DNA from: Chiloscyllium plagiosum
Lineage: Eukaryota
Assembly (NCBI RefSeq): GCF_004010195.1
Contig: NC_057753.1
Span: forward strand, 1,638,023-1,685,408
Length of the DNA stretch: 47,386 nucleotides
Direction of reading: 5' to 3'
In this document: positions 25,734 through 37,860 of the stretch, piece after piece
Layout of the letters: every line of letters begins with the position of its first letter
Numbering within the stretch: the first letter of the stretch is position 1
Position numbers and translations under genes: made by a program
The notes under the pieces: generated by a model
Database searches by the model: none
Told to the model about the DNA's origin: nothing
Seen by the model: only the letters and a program-made list of their open reading frames with translations

Positions 25734-25803
25734 CTGGAATGCCTATAGTTGCTAGGATGGGGTAGTAAATAGCAAACACGAGCCCTTTTGGTATTCCATG
25801 CAT
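25734..25803 (-). CDS. GPCR copy 2, coding exon 1 (MHGIPKGLVFAIYYPILATIGIP+G)
   Basis: ATG at 25803-25801, 70 nt, donor CAG|GTAAAG; 70+911=981 nt in frame. Joined TM1 YYPILATIGIPANLLVIVILS resembles GPR139 TM1 as I recall it ([21 protein letters not shown]). Confidence 0.9.
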
Positions 25804-25854
25804 TTCTGTCTCAAGCTGCAGCTACGTTTGGCACTGCAGTGGATGATAGTAACA

Positions 25855-25928
25855 TTTATACCTGCTGCCACGCAACAGGGACACAATTGAATGCGTTGTT
25901 CGTTTGCAATAATTAATCTAATTGGAGC
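25855..25928 (-). promoter_or_regulatory. Proximal promoter of copy 2: TATA box and TAAT cluster
   Basis: TATAAA at 25860-25855; ATAATTAATCTAATTG at about 25909-25924. Confidence 0.6.
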
Positions 25929-26804
25929 AACCATGCTTGGCTGGTCTTCAATTTTGATGAACAATAAATGTATTCATGGGCGCTGGCATTGCTCTCCAAA
26001 GTGAAGTACTTACACGTGTGGTCTTCCTGATTAAAATAAGTGAAATAAGAAACAAGTCGTTACAAATATGCATATAGGTGAATCTGCATGAGGCACCCAT
26101 GTTAATAAATAAAAAAAAACTTTGACTTGAGATATTCTGTTTTATTGAAATTTGCAGGCACGTTTCCTCTCCTGATCATTATTCCGTCAGTATGATAACT
26201 GATTAGGGTCAAGTCTCTTCTGAACTCCATGATTCCTTCAAAGCAAATGTCTGTGCATGGTTAATGGGCACGTCCATTTTATTTCATCTTGCGTTCTCAG
26301 TGCCATTTTGTTTTTTCAGCATTCTGACATGTTAAATACATTTTGATCAGATTGAATTCAACTTGCACAGGTCCAATTCAGCAGGTATATTAGAATTGAC
26401 ATTGGCTGCTTTCTGGCCATGCATGTAATGCGGGAAAGCCTGGTAAGTGGGATTACATTTAGCATGGTGTGGCGGTGACAGTGTTGGGCTGGGTGGACAA
26501 AGTCAGAAGTCTTTACCTGACGAAGGCGCTGCTCTTTGAATGCTCGTGATTCGAAATAAGCCTGTTAGACGATAACCTGGTGTCGTGTGACTTCTGACTA
26601 CATTCAGCATCAACTGGCCTAGTACATACTGTTGCATTCTGTGCACAAAGAACCATATCACTTTCATTGTCTTCACGATGGAGTTGCGTGGGTCAGGCTG
26701 GGGCTAAATTAATTCATTGAACAGACAGAAACTAGTCCAGTTTCGCAAGGTTAAATTAAGTGTAGATAGTATCAATCAGTACTCTTCAATTAGAAAAGGA
26801 GAAC

Positions 26805-26972
26805 ATGAGAACTGCAGATGCTGGAGATTAGAGTGGAGAGTGTTGTTCTGGAAAAGCAGAACCAGTCAGGCAGCAACTGAAAAGCAGGAGCATCGACATT
26901 TCGGCAGAAGCCCTTCACCAGGAATGAGCCTCATTCCTGATGAAGGGCTTAAGCCAGAAACGTCGACTGAAA
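26805..26972. mobile_element. Penelope-like terminal repeat fragment with internal inverted duplication
   Basis: ctgcagatgctgga...ctggaaaagc...caggcagca as in the Penelope copies at 28129 and 47155. Arms 26893-26928 and 26930-26967 are reverse-complementary. Absent from units 1 and 3. Confidence 0.8.
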
Positions 26973-28128
26973 TTACAAAGGGTCTGATCTATGTTCCCTT
27001 ATTAAAATAAATTTCTGCCTTTGATCAGGGCAGAAAAGTATAGTTCAGCACAATTCAACTGAAATTAGGGAGAAAAGTCTTAACAAGTTAATGTCGTTGT
27101 GAAACTCTCCAAATGAATTTGGTTATTATACAGTGAAAGGAACTAGCTGCAAATATTTACATTCAGTGTAGAAAATTCCCATTCCAGTTCTGAGCACAGC
27201 TGAATTCAGTGCACACCAATTTACTTCTGCACAGTTACGATCATCCTGCACTGGATTAATTCAGGACAGTTGCCTTCATTGTACCTGGCCCAGGTCATCA
27301 GCTTGACCTACGGCGTTTGACCAAGAGTGTAACACATTCAGAAACAGGTGAACGCATTGAGTTGTGAATAATGAGGTGCAATGCAGTAAAATAGCGTGAA
27401 TTGCTTTTCTTGTGTTTGCAAGATGTTCTCGGAAACGAAGCAGTTGTTTCAGATGAGTGCGTGAAATGTACTGGAAAAGGTCATAGGAGAGAACACCTGG
27501 GAAGAACAGAAATAAATAATATTCTATGCAGAAACCCACTGTCTGATTCACTCTTCAATTAGATTATGGGTGACCTCATAATCCTCCACTTCATTTTCCT
27601 GCCTGCTTCCTAGAATCCTTGACTGTCTTGCTTACATTCAAAAATCTGTTTTGAATATACTTATTGACACAGCTTCTTCCAATCTCTGTAGTAAGGAACT
27701 CCACAAATTCACAATCCTCTGACAGAAGAATTTCCTCCTTGTTTCTTTATGAAGTGAGCAAGTTCTTACTCTGAGATTGCACTCTTTAGTATGAGACTTT
27801 CCCAAAACGTGAAACAAACCTCGAGGCATATACCCTGTCAAGCCCTCAATGAAATATCCATACGGTCGCCTTTCATTCTGCTAAACCCAAATGTTTACAA
27901 CCCAACCTACTTGACCCCTCTTTGTGAGAAAATTCCTCCATGCTTGGCATCAATGACTCTTCTCCAGACACATTTCAATGGCATTATATCTGAGATAAGG
28001 GGACCAAAACTGTTGACATTATCCTAGGTGGCATCTATGTACGTTGTTTAGTTTTCAGAAACCTTCTCTAATTCTATGCTAAATTCCCTGAGATAGACTA
28101 ATAAGCCGGTCACCTTTCTTATTATCTG

Positions 28129-29056
28129 AAAATGTGTTGCTGGAAAAGCGCAGCAGGTCAGGCAGCATCCAAAGAACAGGAGAATCGACGTTTCGGGCAT
28201 AAGCCCTTCTTCAGGAATGAGGAAAGTGTGTCCAGCAGGCTAAGATAAAAGGTAGGGAGGAGGGACTTGGGGGAGGGGCGTTGGAATTGCGATAGGTGGA
28301 GGGAGGTCAAGGTGAGGGTGATAGGCCGGAGTGGGGTGGGGGCGGAGAGGTCAGGAAGAAGATTGCAGGTTAGGAAGGCGGTGCTGAGTTCGAGGGANNN
28401 NNNNNNNNNNNNNNNNNNNNNNNNNNNNNNNNNNNNNNNNNNNNNNNNNNNNNNNNNNNNNNNNNNNNNNNNNNNNNNNNNNNNNNNNNNNNNNNNNNNN
28501 NNNNNNNNNNNNNNNNNNNNNNNNNNNNNNNNNNNNNNNNNNNNNNNNNNNNNNNNNNNNNNNNNNNNNNNNNNNNNNNNNNNNNNNNNNNNNNNNNNNN
28601 NNNNNNNNNNNNNNNNNNNNNNNNNNNNNNNNNNNNNNNNNNNNNNNNNNNNNNNNNNNNNNNNNNNNNNNNNNNNNNNNNNNNNNNNNNNNNNNNNNNN
28701 NNNNNNNNNNNNNNNNNNNNNNNNNNNNNNNNNNNNNNNNNNNNNNNNNNNNNNNNNNNNNNNNNNNNNNNNNNNNNNNNNNNNNNNNNNNNNNNNNNNN
28801 NNNNNNNNNNNNNNNNNNNNNNNNNNNNNNNNNNNNNNNNNNNNNNNNTTGGTTGGTCCGGGTGTCCTAGAGGTGTTCTCTGAAACGTTCCGCAAGTAGG
28901 CGGCCTGTCTCCCCAATATAGAGGAGGCCACATCGGGTGCAGCGGATGCAGTAAATGATGTGTGTGGAGGTGCAGGTGAATTTGTGGCGGATATGGAAGT
29001 GTCCCTTGGGGCCTTGGAGGGAAGTAAGGGGGGAGGTGTGGGCGCAAGTTTTGCAT
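28129..29056 (-). mobile_element. 5'-truncated Penelope-like retroelement (GIY-YIG endonuclease end and terminal repeat) with 14-bp TSD
   Basis: Minus-strand FTCTSTHIIYCIRCTRCGLLYIGETGRLLAERFREHL (GIY-YIG). Flanked by tttcttattatctg at 28115-28128 and 29057-29070. Empty site in unit 1 at about 11103-11116. Confidence 0.92.
28398..28848. other. Assembly gap (451 N) inside the Penelope element
   Basis: Run of N. Confidence 1.
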
Positions 29057-29997
29057 TTTCTTATTATCTGGTAAACCTGGATGGTAGTTGTTTTGTGTTC
29101 TATGCACTAGGATCCCCAAATGCCTTTGTGATGCAGTTTTCTGCATTCCACTTCAACAAAAATGTTTTTAATCTTCTTCAAAAGCGAATTTTTCACGTTA
29201 TATTCCATCTGCCAAATTTTTGAACACTAGCTTAGCCTGTCTATATTTCTCTGGAGATATTTTGCGTCATCCTTGCCACGCACCTTCCCACCAGTTTGTC
29301 TGCGACCATAATGCCTTATTCATTTGATAAATATATATTCAAATTATTGGGCTTCCAGCACGCATCCCATTCTACTCCGCAAATTGCATATTCTCTTCCG
29401 GAAAACTATCCTCTTTTCCTAACTCTGCCTTCTATTAATACACCAGTTATCTATGGGGGCAAGTATGCGACTAACCCACAATGAACTCTTATTAAGGAGC
29501 GTTATGTGCGGGAACTTATCGAACACAGTTTGGAAATTTAGATATTTCACATCTGTTCGTTTTGCTTTACCATCCTGCTTGTTACTCCTCAAAGAATGAT
29601 GACAAATTTGTGGGGCATTTTTCCACTTTGGTGAAGCCATGCTGAATCACTTTGAGACGATTTTGCTTTTCTAAATCCAGTATATTCTGCAAATACATTA
29701 TTTATAATAGATTGTAACATTTTGCTAATGACAATTTTTAAGCTAACTGACCTGTTTTTTCCGGTCTCGCATTTTTTTCCCTATTCTTAGCGACTTTTTT
29801 GGAACCAACGGATTCTTGTAAAGTTAATACCATACATCCACCGTCTCTTTACCTACTTCATTTAATATCTTAGGACCCAACACATTATGTCCAGGGGACG
29901 TACCAGCTTTTAGGCCCAATGGTTTCCCTAGTGTTTTCTGTCTAGTGGTAAGAATGTTGTTTGTTTTCTCCCGCACAATTACCTCCTGATAATTTAC

Positions 29998-30487
29998 TAG
30001 AACATAGAACATAGAACAGTACAGCACAGAACAGGCCCTTCAGCCCACGATGTTGTGCCGATCATCATCTATGCACCCTTAAATTTCTGTGACCATATGC
30101 ATGTCCAAGAGTCTTTTAAATGTCCCCAATGACCCTTCCTCCACAACTGCTGCTGGCAACGCATTCCATGCTCTCAAAACTCTCTGTGTAAAGAACCTGC
30201 CTCTGACATCCCCTCTATACTTGCCTCCAACCAGCTTAAAACCATGACCCCTCGTGTTAGTCATTTCTGCCCTGGGAAATAGTCTCTGGCTATCGACTCT
30301 ATCGATGCCTCTCATTATCTTGTCTACCTCAATTAGGTCCCCTCTTCTCCTCCTTTTCTCCAATGAAAAAAGTCCGAGCTCAGTCGACCTTCCCTCATAA
30401 GATAAGCCCTCCAGTCCAGGCAGCATCCTGGTAAACCTCCTTTGAACCCGCTCCAAAGCATCCACATCTTTCTTGTAATAGGGCGAA
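29998..30487 (-). mobile_element. Young 5'-truncated CR1/HER1-type LINE
   Basis: Open ORF DALERVQRRFTRMLPGL...RGDLIEV...FFTQRVLRAWNALP and a (TTCTATG)n tail. Absent at the paralogous site (about 12025). Confidence 0.93.
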
Positions 30488-30644
30488 ATAATACTTTACG
30501 AATGCTGTTGGCAGTTATTTACATACAAGGGACAACCTCTCACCCACCCAAACCCCCAACGAGGTTTCTTTTTGAGACTTTCTGGAAGGTTACTTCTAGG
30601 TTTTCATAAAATATTTTTACTTCTCACCACTCCTTTATTACGTG

Positions 30645-31269
30645 TGTTATGGACTAAGCCAGACCGCTCAAAACATTCTTAAGCATGCAGCCCAGACCAG
30701 AACGTTGCAATTTGGTTCGGTAAGTGTACTGTGAAAATTACCCTGATTAAGTTAGCGAGGTTGATTACTAAAGTTAAAACAGACAAAAGAAGATTCACAA
30801 AAATAACACAATGAAACACGAAGAACAGAATAAAGAACTCCTACAGAACTCAGTCTATCCAAACGACACTTAATTATGCAGGTCCGAATATACACAGCAG
30901 TCCCAATAAGCAAACTTCCTTTGAAACACAGTGCAATAAAGGGTCAAATGCTGACGGTTAACGTTAGGAGGACAGAAGAGAGAGTTTCCACAGAGCTAAC
31001 TGTTGAACTCCCAACCAGTTCTGGACTGAACTAAACTACTCACTCCCCTTTCATTCTACAAGTCACTTCTAAAACATGACCACTTTGGCCTGAAGTCTCA
31101 TCTGTTTACAAATAAACAAAAGGCGTCTTAAAATCCCTTTCAACTCTGTACCAAACCAGTCTGCTCGGAGCCCGGCCTGATTTATTACTCCTCTGAAACA
31201 AATCAAGGACAGAGTATCCTTGAATCAAGGAGCAGTGTTTAGAAGAAAAAAAACACTAGCTTTGTCACA
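30645..31269. mobile_element. Solo LTR, 625 bp, with 4-bp TSD
   Basis: TGTTATGG...TTTGTCACA termini, flanked by CGTG (30641-30644) and TGTG (31270-31273). Unit 1 has the empty site CGTG at 12169-12172. Confidence 0.85.
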
Positions 31270-32121
31270 TGTGGACAGTATCGAAATAATGATATTTCTA
31301 CATTTCTGTTACGAAGTGGGGAACTTGGTCCCACCTAAAAGTATGATTAGAAAAAATTAATCAAAATGCTCAAGAATTATCACTGCTCCACTGACCTGAA
31401 ATCTAAGTTAAAGAAGGCGAACATCAATTCAGTGAGGCACTGAAATAGGCACAAGATAGCACGCGTAGGTTAAGCAGTTGGCCTCTCATCCCCTCAAACT
31501 TGCTCAACTAGATCATGCTTGATCTGTGGCCATGTTCCAGATGTCGCCTTGGGCCCGTACCTTAGTACGTTTGCCTATAAAACGTATCTGTCTCAGCTTT
31601 AAATTTTACTATTGAATTATCATCAGCCACCGTTTGAAGAAAGAGTCCAAACCTCTGCTACATGCGATTTCTAATGTCTCTCGTGAATTGCTTGGCTCCA
31701 ATTCACAGACTGTACCTTTGTTCGAGAATCTTCAAACAGTGAAAGGTGAGGAGGAGGAGTGGCATTTTTGATTAAGGTGAGTCTCACAGCAGTTGCAGAG
31801 GTGAAATAACTTAAGGATCATCCAGTGAAGCTTTGTGGGCGGAGCTAAGAAATAAGAAGTGAATGGTGACGTTACTGGGCTTGAACATTAGTCACTCAAA
31901 TCGTCAATGGTAATACGAGGAACAAATATGCAAGGCGATTGATGAAACCTGCTGGAGCAACAGTGTTGTCACAGTAGGGGAGTTTAATTTCCCAACAGAG
32001 ACTGAGACTCATAGCCTTAAGTGCTCAGATGGATTGGAATTTGTCGGTTACGTTCAGGAAATATTCTCTGAGCAGTACATAGAAAGTCTTACTCGGAAAG
32101 GGGCAAAACGCGAACGAATCT

Positions 32122-32533
32122 TGGGGGAAAAAAGCGCAGGTTATGTAATGGAGGTAACAGTGGGTGAGTATTTTTGCAATAGTGAACATAGATTACATTA
32201 CAGTGTGGAAACAGGCCCTTCGGCCCAACAAGTCCACACCGACTCGCCACCCACCCATACCCCTACAGTTACCCCTTACCTAACACTGGTGGGGGTGAGC
32301 ATTTAGGGACACTATCCAAATTAGTCCAGTGGAAGACATTACAAATGCTTTATTCCTGCCTCTCTTGCCTCTGGGGGGAAAAAGCGCAGGTTATGTAATG
32401 GAGGTAACAGTGGGTGAGTATTTTTGCAATAGTGAACATAGATTACATTACAGTGTGGAAACAGGCCCTTCGGCCCAACAAGTCCACACCGACTCGCCAC
32501 CCACACCCCTACATTTATCCCTTACCTAACACT
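32122..32533 (+). repeat. Direct duplication (32122-32287 / 32372-32533) separated by an 86-bp copy of 35579-35664
   Basis: Direct sequence comparison; see findings. Confidence 0.93.
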
Positions 32534-32734
32534 ACGGGCAATTTTGTATGGCCAATTTACTTTACCTGCACATCTTTGGACTGTGGGAGGAAACCAGAGC
32601 ACCCGGAGGAAACCCACGCAGACACGGGGAGAACGTGCAAACTCCACACAGTCAGTCGCCTGAGGCGGGGAATTGAACCCGGGTCTCTGGCGCTGTGAGG
32701 CAGCAGTGCTAACCACTGTGCCACCGTGCCACCC
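32442..32734 (-). mobile_element. HE1-type SINE with ACATAG target-site duplication
   Basis: Full head-core-tail on the minus strand; acatag at 32436-32441 and 32735-32740. Confidence 0.92.
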
Positions 32735-35700
32735 ACATAGTTCTGCAAATTTTTAAAATAGTTATGGAGAGGGACAAAACTAGTCCACAGGACCAAGTGC
32801 TAAAGTGGGGCCAGGCGAACTTTTAAGGAATTAGACAGGAGCTTGCAAGGGTTGATTGGAGGACTTTGTTTCCAGTTAAACGGATCCCTGGCAAGAGGGA
32901 CGTCTTTAAAACTGAGATAGCTAGAGTACAGGGTCTATATTTTCCTTTGAGGACGAAAGGAGAGCTTGACAGGAACAGGGAACTTTGGATGACAACAAAT
33001 TTTGACCTTTTGACCAGAAAAAAGGCAGTGGTATGATCAGATAAAAGGACATCAAAAATTGTTTGGGTAAGCATGAATGCGGAATTAATGTTCTACTCAG
33101 ATCAGTCATGAGCTTAGAATCATCAAGTTGAACAGCACAGAAAGGATCCCGAGGTCCAACCCATCCAATCCGACCGGATATCCTAAATTAACCTAGTCCT
33201 ATTTGACAGCAATTGATCTATATCCATCTAAACCCCCCCTTATTTGTGGACTCATCCGAATGCCTTTCAAATGTTGTATCTTTTCAACTTCCAACACTTC
33301 CTTTTGCAGCTCATTCCATGCATGCAACACGCTCTGCACGAAAATGTGGCACATTAGGTCCCTTTTAAATCTTCTCCATCTCAACTTAAAACGATGGCCT
33401 CCAAGTTTGAATTGCCGTTCCCTAGGAACAAAGATCGTGGCTATTAACTCTATATGTGCCCCTCATGATTTCAGAAAAATACCTCTGTAAGGAAATCCCC
33501 CAGACTACGATACTCCAGGATAATAACACCGGCCTGTTCAGTCTTTCCCTTTCACTGAAACTCTGCTACCTTGGCAATATCCTTGTAAATATTTTGTGAA
33601 AATTTTGAAGTTTAAAAACATCATTCCTAAAGCAGAGTACCCAGAGGTGAACGCAGTATTCACTAGGTTGCCTTACCATCCCGATTAAATGGCGAAGCAC
33701 GCTCGATAAGATGAATGAAATATTCCAAATTGTTAGTGTTATGTTTACCTGCACTGTCATATTGATGATTCCACTCGGATATAGGTATAAAATCTACACC
33801 TTTAACTAAAGGATATGACTTCTGAATGAATTCATTGAGGCCTTTGACTTCTGCATGGAAAATTTACAAACAAATGGCTCCTTACGTGGAGCTCAATATC
33901 AGCAAGAGAGTCAATAGGAAAAGCCAATTGATTTCGACTTGGTTCACAGAGGAAGCGAAATGAAGAATGAAGCCCTGGAAAATGTGACGAAACTGGAGAT
34001 GTGTGGGGAGGATTTGGTGCACTGCTTTAAGTTCAAAATCCCAATAGACCTTCCCTGCTCTTGTGCTTGCATCTCAATTGTTTTGTTCCAGGAACACTTC
34101 AGATTTTTGGCTGCCATCTTTGCTCCACAGGGATCATAGTGCATGCTGATTTGCCTTGGTTACAGATCTGCATCGAACTCTCCTCATCATGATTCACAAA
34201 AATACACTTCCTAGCTTCTGGAAATGTTGACCTTGTTAATCAAGTTTGGAGTTGTTACTATGCAGCAAGAACAACTGGTGAATTCTTGTGTAAGTCCCGA
34301 TGTAAACATCCTCCAGTCCAAAGGTAACTGTTAATGACGACTATTTCATGTGAGGCATATAATTTAAAATCAACCACCACTTTTATTTCATTAACTCCAG
34401 TGCTTTGCTCACCAGTCATTTATGAGGCAATTTGTTTGATCATTTTCTCCATGTTCGTCACATCACTTATATTACAGTTATCAACATTCTGGTCAATCAA
34501 TAAAAAAATGCCACGTAAAATCTTGGGACATGATTTTACCTGAATAAATCTGTGCAGAATTTCCTATATGAACAAACATTTGTGCTAATGGCTGTTAACT
34601 GTTTACCGAATTACCATTTCTAAACGGTTACCTACTACTGAGGGAAATCTAACCAGCCTCTTGTGCTGCTGTTAAAATTTAATTGATAATTAGAGAAGAT
34701 TTAATATTGTGGCCAGCTAATGTGATGAAATGAGAGAAGTGATTGAGTTACAATTATTATTAAATGACAAACAAATGGCAACTGGAGAATTAATCACATT
34801 TTACAGTGAATTAATAATAAAGATGTTATCAATATGTTGGGAACGTATAACTAAAAGACACTATTTATGTTCAAAATCTGGAGAAAGAGCAGGAAGTGAT
34901 CAATGGTGCCTACGGATTTAGTGGAGACAGAAATTAGTTCACGCTTCAAGCCTGTGAGCCAATGACAGGGGTTAGAGGGTGAACATTTGATAGACATGGA
35001 AAGATGAATACACAAGGGATAAACTGCTAAAATTGTGAAATCAATAGGAATTAACAAGACACAGAAGATGTGTCTGCATGAGGTGTGAATAGATGAATAA
35101 AAACCTTGAATGTAAAGAAAACAATAGAGAAACGAGAACAGAAATCACAGACAGAGAGGAACTTTAAACAAAATGAGTCAGAAATCAAATAACACAGTTC
35201 TTGAACTTCGAGTCTTCACGGCTGACAATTGGCTCTTATCAGTACCCATTTCAGAATAGACCTGCAAACTTTATTGATTCCCTCTCCAGGACAGCTCAGG
35301 TCAGGAGGCTACTTGCCCCACTCTCCGCCCTGGAACCACAGAGACTGACATTAGACTGTCCCACTGCTGGGCAGCTCTCATAAAGAGTCAGGATGCTGCT
35401 AGCTGGTAGGTTGTAAATTTATACAGATCCAGTACTGGATAATACTATAAGACCACAAGACAGAGGAGCATATATTTGGCCATTCAGCACATCGAGTCTG
35501 CTCAGCCATTCAAAACAGGGTGCCACGTGCCTTGGGAGTTCTGGCATTAACATATACCTGTGATGCTGTCCTTCGACATGGTGGGGGTGAGCATTTAGGG
35601 ACGCTATCCAAATTAGTCCAGTGGAAGACATTACAAATGCTTTATTCCTGCCTCTCTTGCCTCTCTGTCTCCTTGTTTTGTTTGCAGGTGCCGACTCATT

Positions 35701-37150
35701 CCCTTTCCTGAAGAGTACAAGTGAATCAGTTTGATTGATAATGACAATTCGGCAACTTTGACGATACTTTTGTCCCTCTCAGTGTCAGCTCCATACCCAG
35801 CTAAAATAGTTTATATTTACCTATCTTGTCTTTTCCCTGTTAATATCCTGAAAATCTTGATTCGGTCACACTCAACTGCCGAAACTTTAGTGAATTAAGA
35901 TTTCTAATTTGTCTGATATCTTCGCATTACTTAACCCTGGAACTCGAAGTGTCAACCTTGTAAACTGTATTGAACGCCCTCTGGGGCCAAAATATCCACC
36001 AGAAGGTGTGCATCTTAGATCTGCTCAAACTTCTCTAAGTAGGGTCTGACCAGCGTTTTTGAAAACGGCAGCATAATATCTGCATTCGTGTACTTCAACT
36101 CTTCAGATATGAAGACCAGCTTTCCATTTGCCTTCTTGAATATTTTCTGCACCTACTCCTAGCACATCAAAGACCTCTGCGACTGAACACACATACCTCA
36201 TTGGACATTCACGGCATTTAATTTTGTGCCATCTGAAAAATATCCTGATCTTTGCAAAAGTTACGAAAATGCGTTGTATAAAGGAAACTAACACCCACTT
36301 CTATCGACATAAAGTGATCACCATAAGCATAGGTTCTGTGAAAGGGTGAGGTCAAAGTTGATCTGCTGCATGTTTGTGTCCAACGGTGATTATGTCTTAA
36401 GTGAAATATATTATGTTTGATGCTTTGAGATGTAATTATACATTAAATTACATCTTAGTGATTAATAGAGTCTAATATTAATTTTCCAGATAACACAGCA
36501 TTCATTACATTATCCAATACATTTTCCTTCATCGAGTAGCTTCTGAACTCCAGTAGCCTTATGCTAGAGATTTCACATTCATATGCAAGAAATTCATTAT
36601 CGAGTTTTTTGCTGGTTGCCCTTTGGCTTATGGGAAGTATGAAAATGTTCTCCCCTCGAAGCAATCCTTATCTCACTTCAGAATCGTCCCACCCTTTGCA
36701 CCCATCGTCCCTCCTTTGTAACTGCTTTTCTCCCTTGCATGGACTTCCCCAACTCTGTGGCTTTCCATTCTCCTAGCCTGTCAGCACTGCTTCACATTTC
36801 ACCTCCAGTACCCTTCGATCTTGACTGCCCATCTACATACAGCTTTACCGACGATTATCTTTTCACTGCCGTTCTAATTACAGGCTGTTTGGTTCGCACG
36901 TTTGCTGTTTATAGGGTCGGCAAAGATTCTGTCCGTTCTACCACCTTTTGTTGTCAACGAGATTGAATTTTACTGGCAGCTTTTCTGGCATTCAGAGATG
37001 AGTATGCCCAATCCTTGCAGACATGTTTTACTGTTGTGTACCAGTTGAATTAATGGAGTGAATTCCAAAGTCTTATTTCTGATGTTTGGTCACTTGATTG
37101 TCACATGGACGTAATATATGACTCCCTGCACTTTTGGAATCAAATTTTTG

Positions 37151-37452
37151 ATTAGATTACTTAGTGTGGAAACAGGCCCTTCGGCCCAACAAGTCCACAC
37201 CGACCCACCGAAGCGCAACCCACCCATACCCCTACATTTACCCCTTTAACCTAACACTATGGGCAATTTAGCATGGCCAATTCACCTGACCCGCACATCT
37301 TTGGACTGTGGGAGGAAACCGGAGCACCCGGAGGAAACCCACGCAGACACGGGGAGAATGTGCAAACTCCACACAGTCAGTCGCCTGAGTCAGGAATTGA
37401 ACCCGGGTCTCTGGCGCTGTGAGGCAGCAGTGCTAACCACTGTGCCACCGTG
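37151..37452 (-). mobile_element. HE1-type SINE
   Basis: Near-consensus copy inserted into a block that is uninterrupted at about 340 and 14300. Confidence 0.93.
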
Positions 37453-37667
37453 TCTCCCAAAATCTTGGAAATGCATCTGAAGACTGTCTTATTCTGTTTG
37501 GTTTTTAATCAGTTGCAAATTGAACGGAAATGGCTTCCTACGAAACGTGGAATTGCTGAGGAGGGAAGCGTCCATTTGCACAGCATATTATGAAATCTTA
37601 CAGGAGACATCTGTAGAACCATTAAAGGAATCGGAAGGAAGGAAGGAAATGCAGCACTGTTTCCCCC

Positions 37668-37860
37668 TAAAATGATTTAACACGAGAGTCAATGGCCGAC
37701 ATTTTCAGCCGCAGCGGGAGTGGTGAGAGTGAGGACCCGGAGTTGTCAGGGAGGTAAATTTCCATTTAAAAGAACTTACCTCGAGAGTCTGCGGCCTCCA
37801 ATTTCAGCAGCAGCGGGAGCAGTGAGAGCGAGGACAGGAGGCTGCCTGAAAGGCAACTTT
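37668..37860 (+). repeat. GC-rich segment with two imperfect ~35-bp repeats, probably a LINE 5' UTR fragment
   Basis: tttcagccgcagcgggagtggtgagagtgaggac (about 37702) and tttcagcagcagcgggagcagtgagagcgaggac (about 37802). Confidence 0.45.

Larger units (their letters stand above)
31745..33040 (+). mobile_element. CR1 ORF2 endonuclease-region fragment, interrupted by a SINE and a local rearrangement
   Basis: EALWAELRNKK, VGEFNFP, EQYIESLTRKGA, VGEYFCNSEH. The 5' part is paralogous to 3030-3160. Confidence 0.75.

Noticed and set aside
28158..29146. Long ORFs of 210-258 aa
   Set aside because: Artefacts of translating through the N gap.
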